A stretch of 64,000 nucleotides of DNA from the human T2T-CHM13v2.0 reference genome, Homo sapiens. The notes beneath the pieces were generated by a model. The model saw only the letters and a program-made list of their open reading frames with translations. It did not search any database and was not told the origin of the DNA. The translations under genes were made by a program, and so were the position numbers. Shown in pieces: positions 1 through 12,323 of this stretch. Numbering within the stretch: position 1 is the stretch's first letter; the number at the start of each line of letters is the position of its first letter. The stretch lies in assembly GCF_009914755.1 (NCBI RefSeq), contig NC_060925.1. One strand, given 5' to 3'.

Positions 1-1078
1 CTTCCACCTACAGTGTACTATATTAACATTTTAGGGAATTTCTTTCCAGTCTTTCTTCTACAGTAAATATTTTTTGAGAGTCAAAATCACACAAGACATG
101 CAATGTTTTCCCTTGTTTACTTGTTTTAACCTTACTTATTTCCTTTTATGAGCTCTTTAATGAACAAATTTTATTATCTGCATACTATTCCATTGAGTGC
201 TATTTAATCTTATATTAGGAGGAACACAAGTTGATTACAACATATAATGTCTTTCTCACTAGACTGTGAGGGACTACGCCTTATTCATTTTTGTATCCCC
301 AAGGTATACTTTATCCTGTGTACTTAGCCAAAGTGTACTTGTAAGGGCAGAGACTATGTCTTATACCTTTATACCTATTATATCTTTTGTTACTAATGAT
401 TTATATTTATCCTTTTGCATAAAAATTTATAACATTGATTTTGGCTATGGACATTTGTTGCTGAGAGCTTCCTGGTAAGTGCTGTTGCTGTGGGACCTAC
501 ATCTTTGCTTCAAGGTCTTTTATGACCCAGGGAAGAGTGATGGAAGTATGTAAGACATGTTTGGTGGTAGCTACTTCAGTGGGTATTTGACTGTCTACTC
601 AAACTAATGACTAATGCCTTTCCTCCTTTTTAAGAGAAATATATACATTGTAAGAAAGTGAATAAATAGAAAAAAGAAAGAAGAGTGAAATTTCCCACAG
701 TTTTGCCACTCCCAAAATGACTACTTAATGTTTTGGTATATTTCGTTCCAATCTTTTTCTTTGAAGAGGTTTTCTTGTGGTTATTTATTTGTTTGTTTTA
801 ATTTATACATGTTTATCATTATAAGGATAGTAACAGTTTGAATTTTATTTAACATTATAACATATACATGCATGTTATTCTAATAGTTATATTTAATAAT
901 TCTAAAATATTTCATTTAGTGAATACATTATAATTTAAATATTCTCTTGGTCTTGGATAGTAGAGTATTTCTTTCTTTTTTCTTTTTGACACTTTAAATG
1001 TGATGGACATTTTAATGTAAAGCTTTTTTTTGTAATTAGGATTATATCCATAAGAAAGAAAACTCAGTGATTATTTCA

Positions 1079-1383
1079 TTTTCTTCTTTTTCTTTTTATT
1101 TTTTTAGAGACAGTGTTTCACTCTGTTGCCAAGGTTGTGTACAGTGGTACAATCATAGCTAACTACAGGCTTCAACTCCTGGGCTCAAGTGATCCTCCCT
1201 TCTTGACCTCCCAAGTAGCTGGGATTACAAGTGCACATTGCCATGTCTCACTAATTTCTTTTTAAAATTTTTGTAGAGACAGGGTTTCACTATGTTGCTG
1301 AGGTTGGTCTCAAACTCAAGCAATCCTCCCACCTTGGCCTCCCAAAGTGCTGGGATTACAGGCATGAGCCCCTATGCCTGGCC
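1079..1383 (-). mobile_element. Alu (AluJ-like)
   Basis: T-rich tail then dimeric Alu reverse complement ending ...gattacaggcatgagcc...tggcc; heavily diverged. Confidence 0.93.
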
Positions 1384-1864
1384 TCATTTTGTCCACAGTA
1401 TACAGTTCATAATTTTAAAGAAATAAAATATTGACTAATTCCAAATATATATAAATATTTCAAGTGATAAAGACAAGTATATGTCCTCCCCCTACTCCTC
1501 AGGCAATTTCTGAACAAACTTTTCAGCTAAAATCAGGAGTGGGTGTATATGAGCATATCTGTGTGTGTGTTTATGCGTGCTTCCAAAGCACCAAATGATC
1601 AATCTGACTGAGCTTTCAACATTCAATCTTTTTCTTGTATGTTTACAAAGGAAAATTCAAAAATTCAGAGTTCCAGTGAAAATGTACCTGGCTGGAGCCA
1701 AGAGATGAGCTCTACTTTTGACTTTCCTGCTAATCAACTCTGGGACTTTAGGCAGTCAGAGGACCATTCTTGGCCTCAGTCTCATCAATTGTGAAATACG
1801 GGAACTTAATTAAGTAGCATTTTGGTAGATCCTATGTTTCTAAGGTAAAATAGTTGCCACTTAC

Positions 1865-1925
1865 AAGGTTTGCTGGGAAAAATCGCTGTTGGACAATCAT
1901 CATCCAGTAAAAGCTGTGTGAGAGA
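1865..1925 (-). CDS. SLC44A5: SLC44A5 coding exon, 61 nt: [20 protein letters not shown]+1 nt
   Basis: ttcttccttctattttag|TCTCTC...AAACCTT|gtaagt; phase 0 to 1. Confidence 0.97.
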
Positions 1926-2749
1926 CTAAAATAGAAGGAAGAACGTTAACATTTCAAAGGCCATGTGATGATTACTTTATACTGAATCTAAATATGTCCT
2001 TTAAAAAATTTAACTCCATAATAATCTCCTTATTTCAAATTACTTCTACTAATAATATTAATTGTAAGATTATCACACACACAATCTTGCTTGACATTCT
2101 TAACTGTCCTAACTGTAATTCAATCGGACCAACAATAATAAAACCAGATCATCTGAAAACAAGGAACACCTTTGGAGGTGTGTGTCTTTGTCTTAGCCAT
2201 ATCCTGAGTCTCTGATTTTTTTGTGGGTTTTTTTTTCTAGAAAAACAACATCTTCTCTAATTTAGAAACCATTCATATTATTTAACATTGTGATGATTTA
2301 GAATTCTCTTACGTATCTCAAACCTAGGTAAGGGTTGGGGTTTTTTAAATGAGTTGTTATCAAACTGGGCTTGGAAATAAAATTCTACTTGTTACTAAGT
2401 TGCTATGGGGCTTCATCACCACATTAACGAAATGGTGATTGCAAATGACATTAACTCCTAGTTCTAGAGTAAAAGTCTATCCAAGTAGAGAATTTATTAG
2501 TGTCGGGGAATAGTAGAAGCTAATTAACCAGACATAACAGTCTTTCATGACACCCCAAATCTACAAAATGATGTGCTATAACTGGTGTGCATGCACACCC
2601 AGTACACATGCATTTCTGTTTCAATGAAATTGTATCTAATCATTTCCTAGAAGATTTGGGAGCTTGTTCAGTAACAAATTCTCACGTTACACTTGAGATT
2701 GAAAAAAAAAGTTAAATTGTTCTCTTGCTTTAAGCTTAAACACACATAC

Positions 2750-2875
2750 CTTCACAGGCTTAGCAGTGGTCTTACAGAACTGACGGTAGTCTTCCCAGTA
2801 GCTTTTGTCTTTTGTGTACAAAAGTTGCATTTCCACATAGGTTAAAAATTTTTCTGGGCACTTGGAGACACAGAT
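2750..2875 (-). CDS. SLC44A5: SLC44A5 coding exon, 126 nt: [42 protein letters not shown]
   Basis: ctttgttcgttcacag|ATCTGT...GTGAAG|gtatgt; phase 0 to 0. Confidence 0.97.
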
Positions 2876-3011
2876 CTGTGAACGAACAAAGTGATGAGAA
2901 CTGAACTGAGTTGAACAAACCCAGGAACTACCTATAAAGCTAGACTTCTAAATTATCCACCATAACAAAAAGCAATGCACTGTTTTCCATCTAAGAAACC
3001 TAAATCAATTT

Positions 3012-3300
3012 CCTTGCTCTCTCTCTTTTTCTTTCTTTTTTATTTTTTTAGAGACAGTGGCATGACCATGGCTCACTGCAGCCTCAACCTTTCTGGGCTC
3101 AAGTGTCCTCCCACTTCAGCCCTTTGAGTAGCTGAGACTACAGGCAAACACCACCATGCCCAGCTAATTTTTGTATTTTTTGCAGAGTCGGGGTTTTGCC
3201 ATGTTTCCCAGGCTGGTCTCAAACTCCTGAGCTCAAGTGATCCACCCATCTCAGCCTCCCAAAGTGCTAGGATTACAGGTGTAAGCCACTGAACCTGGTC
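3012..3300 (-). mobile_element. Alu (AluJ-like) with ~30-nt internal deletion
   Basis: Alu dimer; TSD TAAATCAATTT at 3001-3011 and 3301-3311; jumps gagacag to tggcatg. Confidence 0.93.
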
Positions 3301-3419
3301 TAAATCAATTTTCTAGTCTTATTGTAAAAAATGAAATTTCATGTACTAGTTACCAATCTCTATTCTTTGCTCTTTGATATTGATGTTATGTTAAAACAAG
3401 ATACCATACAGTGATAGAC

Positions 3420-4178
3420 TTATTTTTAATTTTTGATTTTGAGATAATTGTAAATCAACATGTAGTTGTGAGGAATAATAGGGATTTCACATACCTTTCA
3501 CTCTGTTTTCCTCAATGGTAAGAACTTTCATAACCATAACACAATATCATAAGCAGGAAATTAATATTGTTACTGGTATAGTTTGGTTATTTGTCCCCAC
3601 ATACCTCATGTTGAAATTTGATCCCCAGTGTTGGAGATGGGGCCTAATGGGAGGTGTTTGGGTTCATAGATGCAGCAGCACCCTGTTCTTATAGTTCAGG
3701 GAAGCATCTGTCCTGTTAATGGGGTGTTCATGAGGGCAGATCCTCCTTGTTCTTGTGATGATGAGTAGCTTCTTAATCTATTAATTCCCTCAAGAGTTGG
3801 TTGTTAGAAAGAGCCTGGCACCTCCCTCATCCTCTCTCTTGCTTCCTCACTAGCCATGTAATTTCTGCACATGCCAGCTCCTCTTTGCCTTCTGGTATGA
3901 GTGGAAAGCAGAAAGCTGAAGCCCTCAACAGAAGCAATGCTGGCTCCATGTTTCTTGTACAGCCTGCAGAACCATAAGCAAACAAACCTCTTTTCTTTAT
4001 AAATTACCCAGCGTCAGGTATTCCTTTTGTAGCAACACTAAGCAGAGTAAGACAGTTAGAAGACACTAACCTTACTCAGAGCTCACCAGTTTTATATTCA
4101 CTTGTTTGTGTGTGCCTGTGTATGTGCGTAGTTCTATGCCATTTTATCAGACATGTGGTTGTGTGATCACTACCACAG
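3420..4178 (-). mobile_element. Old L1M (L1MC/MD-type) 3' end, interrupted by an MSTB LTR
   Basis: ttttgagataattgta...gtagttgtgaggaataata 3'UTR pattern, resuming after 4054. Confidence 0.65.
3574..4054 (+). mobile_element. MaLR solo LTR (MSTB-like)
   Basis: TG...CA ends, tatagtttgg start, aaattacccag..taagaca end; near-TSD GTTAC/GTTAG. Confidence 0.88.
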
Positions 4179-5907
4179 GACAGAGATGGACTTTTAATAA
4201 AACACTTTATGATTTTACAGTATAATTTAAGATTAATATTGCCTGTGTAGTCAATGCATATTCAGGGTTAAAATCTTCCTTCCTTTCCTAAATATGAATA
4301 AAATGATGATTTAAAATTCTCTGAATATTGAACACCTATGACACTAATAATTATTAGTGCCCGTGAATTCTCAAACACAATTCTCAAAATGTAACTGGGG
4401 TTTTATCACCATAAGAAACTAACAAATCAAGGCTATTTGGCACAATCAATCATCATTATGGTCTTTTACCAATACCATCTAAATGTGGACAGAGAGGTCA
4501 TCTTTGCAATTATTTTACATTAATAAACTTTGGGGGCCTATCAGTGCCAAGCCAGATCACCATGCTACTTCACGAAGCCACCACAGAGTGACTGAAATCC
4601 AATTAGTAACTCCACAGAGGGAAGGCAGAATCAGAGGAGATACACTATTGGTTTTGCTTTTTTTTACAATAAAAAACAAAAGTCAGATGAAGCCATGTGA
4701 GCTGCAGCTAACCCTTTCAAGTCTCTCCATCACCTTTAGTTCCTTCTTCTGAAATCTTTCTCAGCCCTGACTTGCTCCATCTCCCTACTCTGGTAATTAT
4801 TCTCATTGGCCAAATTGTAGCTCAACTCATTGGCAGTTAGGTAAAAACACTGCTGCTTAGCTGACATCTCCTTTCCATCTTTTGGGTTATGTACCTGCTG
4901 TACACAAAGGCATTTGGTGTGGACCCTACAGCTAAGTTAGCAGGAGAATAACAAAATGTATAGGCCTCTCTCACAGTTAATATTTTCTTGAAGCAATAGC
5001 AGTTCAATTCCCTCTAGAAATTTTGGCAGGGCAAACAACTCATCTCCACATCCACACCTCCACATGTATTTCCTCTTTCTTAGTCTCTCATCCACACGTG
5101 TGCATGCACACACACAATGACATTTGCATATTCATGTACCTTCAGAGAAAATATTAGTGGCTTCATAGGTATCTTTCTAAGAAAGCTGAAGAACAATTTA
5201 GGGACATTCACAGCATGCAACACACCCACATCTTTTAGAAGGTTAAGATGATTATCAATGCAAATGTCAAAAGTTCATTCTGATTGGAGCCAAGCTGAAT
5301 AAACCATTAACATATTAGGAGATACTTGACAGACATTTAGACTTCAACAATTGACTCATGTAACTTTGAAAGACAACTGAACTACTTCTATTGAATACAC
5401 TTAAATGGATTTATAAGTGAGTACTGAAAGAACTAATGCTTTCACAGGCTTTAAATGATGGTAGGTACTTCTGAATTGAGACCATGATGATTCTGTATTT
5501 ATAAAGCACACACAAACAATGTATACTACACATAGAAAAGTGCTGTGTATGCAACACATAAAAGAAAGTAATTAAAATAGTAAAACGTAGTTTGTTAAGG
5601 AGAATCACATCAAATCTCATTCTAGACACAAATGAGCTGTTAAAAAACAATACAACTGCACTTTACTTTCTCCCTCTATCAGACCAATTTGTTCACTTCA
5701 AATAGGGTGCAGATTAGTAGTAATCAACATATAATTAGCCAAAATGAAGGTCACATTGAGATTGGATGTTCTAATTGATCACAGTCTGTCCTTTAAGTGC
5801 TTGTGACACATGTCTGGACCATGCCAGCAGTTAACAAAAACATCGTGCATAGAAATATGGCTCAGATCAGTAGATGCACCGTCTGGAAGACTAAATGCAA
5901 GTCTTCA

Positions 5908-5956
5908 TTATTAGCAGTCAATAATGACTCAGCTAATAAGAGCTAATTCTGACTCA
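5908..5956. promoter_or_regulatory. Candidate intronic enhancer: paired AP-1 sites (TGACTCA 5925-5931, 5950-5956)
   Basis: Motif matches in non-repetitive intron sequence; function untested. Confidence 0.3.
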
Positions 5957-6250
5957 GTTCTGATTCTCTGTGCACCACAAAGGGCACTTTGCATAAAGCT
6001 CTGTATTACCATTTCTATCTTTAATTCAGATAGTCTTAACACTCAGTTACAAATTGGAATTTGGTGGCTGGGGGAGTGAATTACATTGAAGGTTAAAACA
6101 CCACATTTGTTATGAAGAAAAGATGATCTAGTAACTCATTTATGAAACAAGAAAAAAGCATAATATGCAAGTATATTTTGTTTTATCATAGGAATGATAG
6201 ATTTGTAGAGTACAGTGGAAAAATTCTTAACTAGAAGTAGGAAGATATTC

Positions 6251-9000
6251 ATTCTCTCATTCATTCAGTCATTTGTTCATTCATTTAATAAATATTTACT
6301 GATCCCCTACTCTGAGCCTGTTCCAGGCACTGAGGACAGAAATAGTAGTGAACAACACATAAAAATCCTTGCCCTCAAGCAATTTGTCTTCCAGTAGTGG
6401 TAGTGGGAGACATATAAGAAATAATAAATAAGTAAAATGTTTGTCATAAGATGGTAATAAATAGTAGTAAATAAGATGGTATAAGATGATAAATAAATAA
6501 GGCTGGAAAGGAGGCTACAGAGAGAGAAAGGAGTGGCTGCGTGGGATTCTAATTTTGAAGAGGTAGTCAAAGAAGCCTCACTAAGAAGGTAACATTTGCA
6601 GAAATTCTTGGACAGGATGAGCAATCAAGACATACAGTCATCTGGAAAAATAATTCTCTAGGTAGGGAGAACAGCAAAGTCTAAGTCTCTAAGGCAGGAG
6701 AGTTCCTGGATCCTTTCAAGTATTAGTACAACAAATGGCCAGTGTGACCCAAGTGTAGTGAGAAAAGGGAGTAGAATAGGATATGTGGTCAGAGAGTGGG
6801 TCAGACAGTGAAGGATCTTACAGGTCATTGTTAGGACCTTGGCTTTTCATATAAGTAACTTGGGAAGCTACTGGGGCATTTAAGCAAAGAAGAGACATAA
6901 TCAGACTTATATTTAACAGGACCACACTGGTTACTGGGTGGAAAAGAGACTGCAAAGGATAAGGGGGCAAGGACAGAAACAGAAAGACCAGTCAGGAGAT
7001 CCTTGAACTAATCTAAAAAAGAGGTGATGGCTCCTTGAACTAGGGAAGAGGTGGTGAGAAATAGTTTGGCTCAGGGTACATTTTGGAGGGAGACCTAAGG
7101 AGAGCTCAAACATGGGTATGAGAGAGAGAGAAATCAAGGATAAGGTAGAAATCAAGGTATTTGGAGCTGGCATTAATTGAGACAGGGAATACATTGGGGT
7201 GGGGAACAATTTTAGGGATAAAGTCAGAGATTAGGAATTCAGTTGTGGACATGTTAAATTTGAGATGCCAACCAAATATTCATGTAGAAATATCACATGG
7301 GTGGTTGGATAGAAAGGTCTGGAGCTCAAGGAGCAGATTTATTTGGAGATGTAAATTTGAGAAGTCAGCAAGTAGATGGTGTTAAACCCAATGGACTAGG
7401 TGAGATCATCAAAAAAGTAAATACAGACTTAGAAAAGGACCAAGCTTCTTGTGGGAGGGAAATGCAGTGTTTAAAAGATGTTAGAAAGATTAAGATAACT
7501 CATCAAAGGAGACTGATAGGGAGTAGACAGAGAGTTGGGAGGAAATATAGAAGAATGTTGTGCCCTGGAAGCCAGGTGAAAAAGGTATTTTAAGGAGGTG
7601 GGATTGATTAAATACTGTTGTTAGATCAAGTAAATGTGGATTTAATACTAACCATTAGCTTAATAATGTTGAGGTCGATGGTATTGTTTAGGGGAAATTG
7701 AAGTAGGGTTAAAGCTTGGATGAGAGTGAGAGGAAAGGATTTAGATAGATAAATGTGGACTATTCTTTTGAGGAGTTTTGAAAAAAAATAAAAGAGGCAC
7801 AGAGATATGGACCAGTAGCTGGAGGGGGATGTGGGATCAAGGGAAAAATTTTTTAAGATTAAAGAAATAACAGTAGTGAACAAAACAGATAAAAATCCTT
7901 GTCCTTAAGCAATTTGTCTTCTAGTAGGGTGAGACAGGAACCAAATGACAGATAAGTAAAATGTTTGTTGTAAGATGGTAATAAGTGGTAATGAATAAGA
8001 TGGTATAAGATGGTAAGTAAAAAAGGATAGAAAGGATACTAGAGACAGAGAGGAATGGCTGGGTGGAATTATAGTTTTGAATAAGTATTCAAGGAAGCCT
8101 CACTAAGAAGGTAACATTTGCAGAAATACTTGAAGAGGATGAATGATCAAGCCATAGCTTTGTATATTGATGGAGATAATTTAGTAGAGAAGGAAAAAAT
8201 GATAATAAAAAAACATTTCAAAGTGATGTGCTTAATTATGCAAGAGGATGAGATTTAATACACAAATGGATGGGCTGGTCTTAGAAGCACAGGCAGTTCA
8301 CCCATGGGGAATTAGAGGGAAGGCAGAATGAGTATATGACATAGACGAAGATAGGCAGGCAAACGGATGTCAGAGAGGGAGATTTTAAAAGTTGTCTTCT
8401 GAATGCTTGTACTTGCTCAGTGAGACAGGAAGCAAAGTTAGAAGCTGGCATGGAGATTGGGAAAGAGATCCTGGAAGTTCCAGGTGAGAAGAAAAGGTGT
8501 GAAATTCTATAGCAGTAGGCTATAGAATGGACAACAGTCTGTAGTATGGTTGAGAGACAGCATTAACGGCCCACTTGAAGTTAGGTCCTGAATTTAAATG
8601 GCTGTTGTATGTTTTTCTCCAAGAACACACAGCTGCCTGGATTCAGGCATGGAGTAGGCTGAAAGCTACCTTTATAGTCAGGTTTTGCCAGGGACTTACA
8701 ACTAAGTGAAAGGGGACAATGGAATTGAGAACGTTTATACAGGAGTGATTTCACTGAGAGACTGTGGAATCTAAGTCAGGTAAGGAGAGAGATGCAAACC
8801 TGAGGGAGCTGAGCAATACTTTGGATGGGTTAGGATCAGTGGTTTGCAGGTCCCAGTAAGGTAAAAGAATTATTGGAGTTGCAATGTCAGAGGAATCAAG
8901 ATGATCAGAGAAATTGAGATTACAAAGGGTAGCAATTATTAATACTGGAAAGGTCAAGGGTTTGCCCTTGGGGACGTGGGTAGAAGTGGTCACAGAACTA
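6251..9000 (-). mobile_element. LINE-2 (L2a-like), long 3' portion, containing a local duplication
   Basis: (ATTC)n tail attcattcagtcatt, then purine-rich L2 body motifs. Confidence 0.85.
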
Positions 9001-9199
9001 AGATACCAACATCCCAAGTGGGCTTTAGTCTCAGCAGAAGTAAGATTTCAAAAGTCTTTGAGGGAGATGAGGAAGCAAAAAAATAAAGCAGATTTACAAA
9101 CTAATCCTAGGGACTAGCTTTGGGTATAGTTACCGGCACATGGAACCAAGAAGAAGCAAAAAAGTCAGAAGTCTATTAAGTTTCTGAGGTAATTGTAAT

Positions 9200-10772
9200 G
9201 CTAGAAAAAATCATGAGGTAGCCTTAAAAAGCCTTTCACTGTTAAAATAATATTTGTGATATGAAACTTGCACAACTGGAAGTGAGCTTCAAAGCAATAT
9301 GGGCCTCAAGACAGCACACTTTCCAGTGCTCAGCAATGGTGTGGCCTGGAGGTTAAAGGACAGAAAATCACCTCCCAGGTGGCCAAGCAAACGGCTATAG
9401 GAAGCAATGGACAGGGAAATCTTCTCAGAGAATGCAATCCAGGTGAAATAAAAGACTGTTCTCCATTGCCACAATCCAGAAACTGCTGTGTATTTATCAC
9501 TCCTTTTCTAAATGAGAGTTTGTAATTCTAATTTTTCTGTCCATGTTACCATTGTACATGTAGTGTCAAGACTTGATAAAGAGAACTATACATCATCTAT
9601 AGATTCTGGACTTTGAGTTAAAAACAGTACTACATGGGATTCTGGGTTCTCCTTTGGGAAGAAGAAGTGTGTTCTGGAGGCCAGAGAGGTAGACTATAGA
9701 AGACACACTTAACTATTCATTGAGGTTTGTGTCTCTTGTTCCATTTGTTCCATGGTATAGAAAAGGCAGCTCAGCTCATAGCTACATTGCTCAATTCCTT
9801 TCTCCTTGAATCTGGGTGTGACCTATCTTTTTTGTGGGATTAGAAACATATAAATTTCTTTTTTAAAAACTTTTATTTTAAGTTCAGAGGTACATGTGCA
9901 GGTTTGTTACATAGGTAAACTTGTGTCATGGAGTTTTGTTGAACAGATTATTTCATTACCCAGGTATTAAGCTTAGTATCCATTCGTTGTTTTCCCTGAT
10001 CTTCTTTCTCCTCCCACCCTTCACCTTCTGATAGGCCCCCATGCCTGTTGTTCCCCTCTTTGTGTCCATATGTTCTCATCATTTAGCTGTCACTTATAAG
10101 TGAGAACACGTGGCATTTGGTTTTCTGTTCCTGTTTTAGTTTTCTAAAGATAATGACCACCAGCTCCATCCATGTCTCTGCGATGGACGTGACCTTGTTC
10201 TTTTTTATGGCTGCATAGTATTCCATGGTGTATATGTACCACATTTTCTTTATCCAATCTATCATTGATGGGCATTTAGATTGATTCCATATCTTTGCTA
10301 TTGTGAATAGTGCTGCAGTGAACATACATGTGCATGCATCATTTTAGTAGAATGATTTATATTCCCTTGGGTATATACCCAATAATGGGATTGCTGGGTC
10401 AAATGGTATTTCTGTCTTTAGGTCTTTGAGGGATGCGACCACTTATAACCAGTTTGTGTCTGTGGCATATGAGTGGAAATGCAATGTGTGAAACTTCTTA
10501 TCCAAGGCTTTTAAGAGCAGGATGTTTTATTCATCCTCACTGTGTCCTTTTCATTGCTGGATGCATATGATGGGGAGGATTTAAGGAACAGCAGAGCCAC
10601 CCTTAAGTGCTTAAGCCACCCTTAAGATGGAAGGAGCCTAGAGGAGAGTACCTACTGACCACAGACACCTGCCTTTTACTGTTATATGGTCAAAAAATAA
10701 ATGTTATTGTGTGAAGTCACTGAAAAACGTGGTTTGTTAGTTATAGTAGCTAGCTTTACTTTTCCTAATACA
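9200..10772 (+). mobile_element. MLT1 internal 3' end plus MLT1-type LTR (~9696-10772), split by an L1PA fragment
   Basis: ggactttgagtt...ggaggccagagaggtagac PPT region, then LTR with aataaa ending cctaataca. Confidence 0.65.
9855..10431 (-). mobile_element. 5'-truncated L1PA (L1PA13-like) 3' end
   Basis: L1 3'UTR and ORF2 C-terminus (ORF 10083-10325, MFTAALFTIAKIWNQ...). Confidence 0.9.
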
Positions 10773-11072
10773 ATGTTGATCTTGATAAAAACTCCATTTC
10801 TCTGGGCTGCACATATTTATTTATAAAAGTAAGTGGTTGGACAAGACAATCATCGAGCTTCCTAAGTGATTCTAAAATGATTAATTTCTGCTTAGTTTTG
10901 ATTGTATATAAACAAATATAAGCTCATACTTATATCTTCCCATCGTCTAGAAATTCATAATGAACCCCCTGCCCACGCACACACACAGAGAACTCAAATG
11001 GAATTTCTCAATTCTTTTATCCAAGAATGTTCAGAACGGCTGACACTACCAGTGAGGCACCTTTTGCCTTAC

Positions 11073-11157
11073 CTGTGTGGTAGGGCACTGTAGGTTTAGC
11101 AATACGGAGGGACTGGTACAGCGTAACAGGTTAAAGTAAAACAAAATGGTCTTGTTC
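11073..11157 (-). CDS. SLC44A5: SLC44A5 coding exon, 85 nt: (E)[28 protein letters not shown] (contains NKT sequon)
   Basis: ttttctttcttaacag|GAACAAG...ACACAG|gtaagg; phase 2 to 0. Confidence 0.97.
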
Positions 11158-11329
11158 CTGTTAAGAAAGAAAACATAATCTTTTTAGTGACCATGGAAAT
11201 GTTCCATATCATTTCAGACCCTGAACACTTTTTATAAATAACCTTTAAAAATTGGTTTCATTATCTACAGAGGCTGAAATATATTCTCCCTCTCCCTTAG
11301 GTACCTAACCTTTAAAGTATCTTTTTTTT

Positions 11330-11660
11330 TAATAGTAAAATGTTGAAACAATCAAACTATCCATCAACAGGAGATTGCTTAAATAGATTTGTATACCCAT
11401 AAGGTAGAACATTACATTGCCATTGAAAATAATGCTAAAGAACTAATTTAATGGATGGTGAAATTTACAATATGTCAATTTTAGGAAGCAGGTTACTAAA
11501 GAGTATTAACATATGGTTTGATTTTAATTTTATTAAAAACAAATATAACATGAAGAAACATTATTACATCTGAATGTTGGGATTATATTGCTTAGTTTAT
11601 TTTTTGTGCCTTTATGGATTTCATAAAATAAATATACATTACTTTGGTAATCTGAAAAAA
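11330..11660 (+). mobile_element. Old L1M 3' fragment
   Basis: aatagtaaaa...ccatcaacaggaga...ttaaata degenerate L1 ORF2-end/3'UTR pattern. Confidence 0.55.
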
Positions 11661-11749
11661 CATAAATGAATTAAGTGATACTTTCTCTCTGCTGAAAATT
11701 ATAGCCAGTGGCAGAGTAACGAAGCAGGTTGATATTCATTATCATTAGC

Positions 11750-12200
11750 TTTGAGTGGTATATTACTCTGCCATTTAGCAAGCCACAGTTCTCTTTTGAA
11801 TCTCAATTTTCTCATCAGTAAAATGAAGATAATACTATTCCTACCTACTTCACAGAGTGTTGGGAGGGCCTAAGATAATGCGTAGTGGACTTAAGACAAG
11901 TGGTTGCCCAACTTCAGCATGCACAAGGAAAACCCGAAGTGTTTGTTCAACATTTTGATTCCCAACTCTTTCCCAACCCTTGAGAGTCCAAATGTCTAGA
12001 TATTGGGCCCAGGAATTAGTATGTTTTCCCCTAAGCTCCCCAGTGGATTCAGAGAGAGTGTTCTGTAAACCATATCTTAAGAAACACAGCTCTAAATATT
12101 CAGGAAGAATGTTTCTTAACTCTTTGTCAACTCCCCAGTAAATTAATGTGACTACATGCATAGCACAAAATGTAATGGGCTATTGAGCAATATTTTTCCT
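11750..12200 (+). mobile_element. MIR interrupted by a MER5A-like hAT element (~11897-12075)
   Basis: tctcaattttctcatcagtaaaatgaagataata MIR core; gggcccaggaatt...aagctccccag MER5 motif. Confidence 0.7.
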
Positions 12201-12323
12201 ACCACTCAAAATCAGTAAGTAGGATCCAAATCTAAGGATAAAGAAAGTCTTCCACAAGAAATTGGGGATAGATCCTTTAATCACTTCTACCTGCTTCCTA
12301 CACCTGTCTACATAAGCCAATAT

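Noticed and set aside
5797-5827. p53/p63 response element (CTTG/CATG cores)
   Set aside because: Core spacing is 5 and 7 nt rather than 6, with flank mismatches
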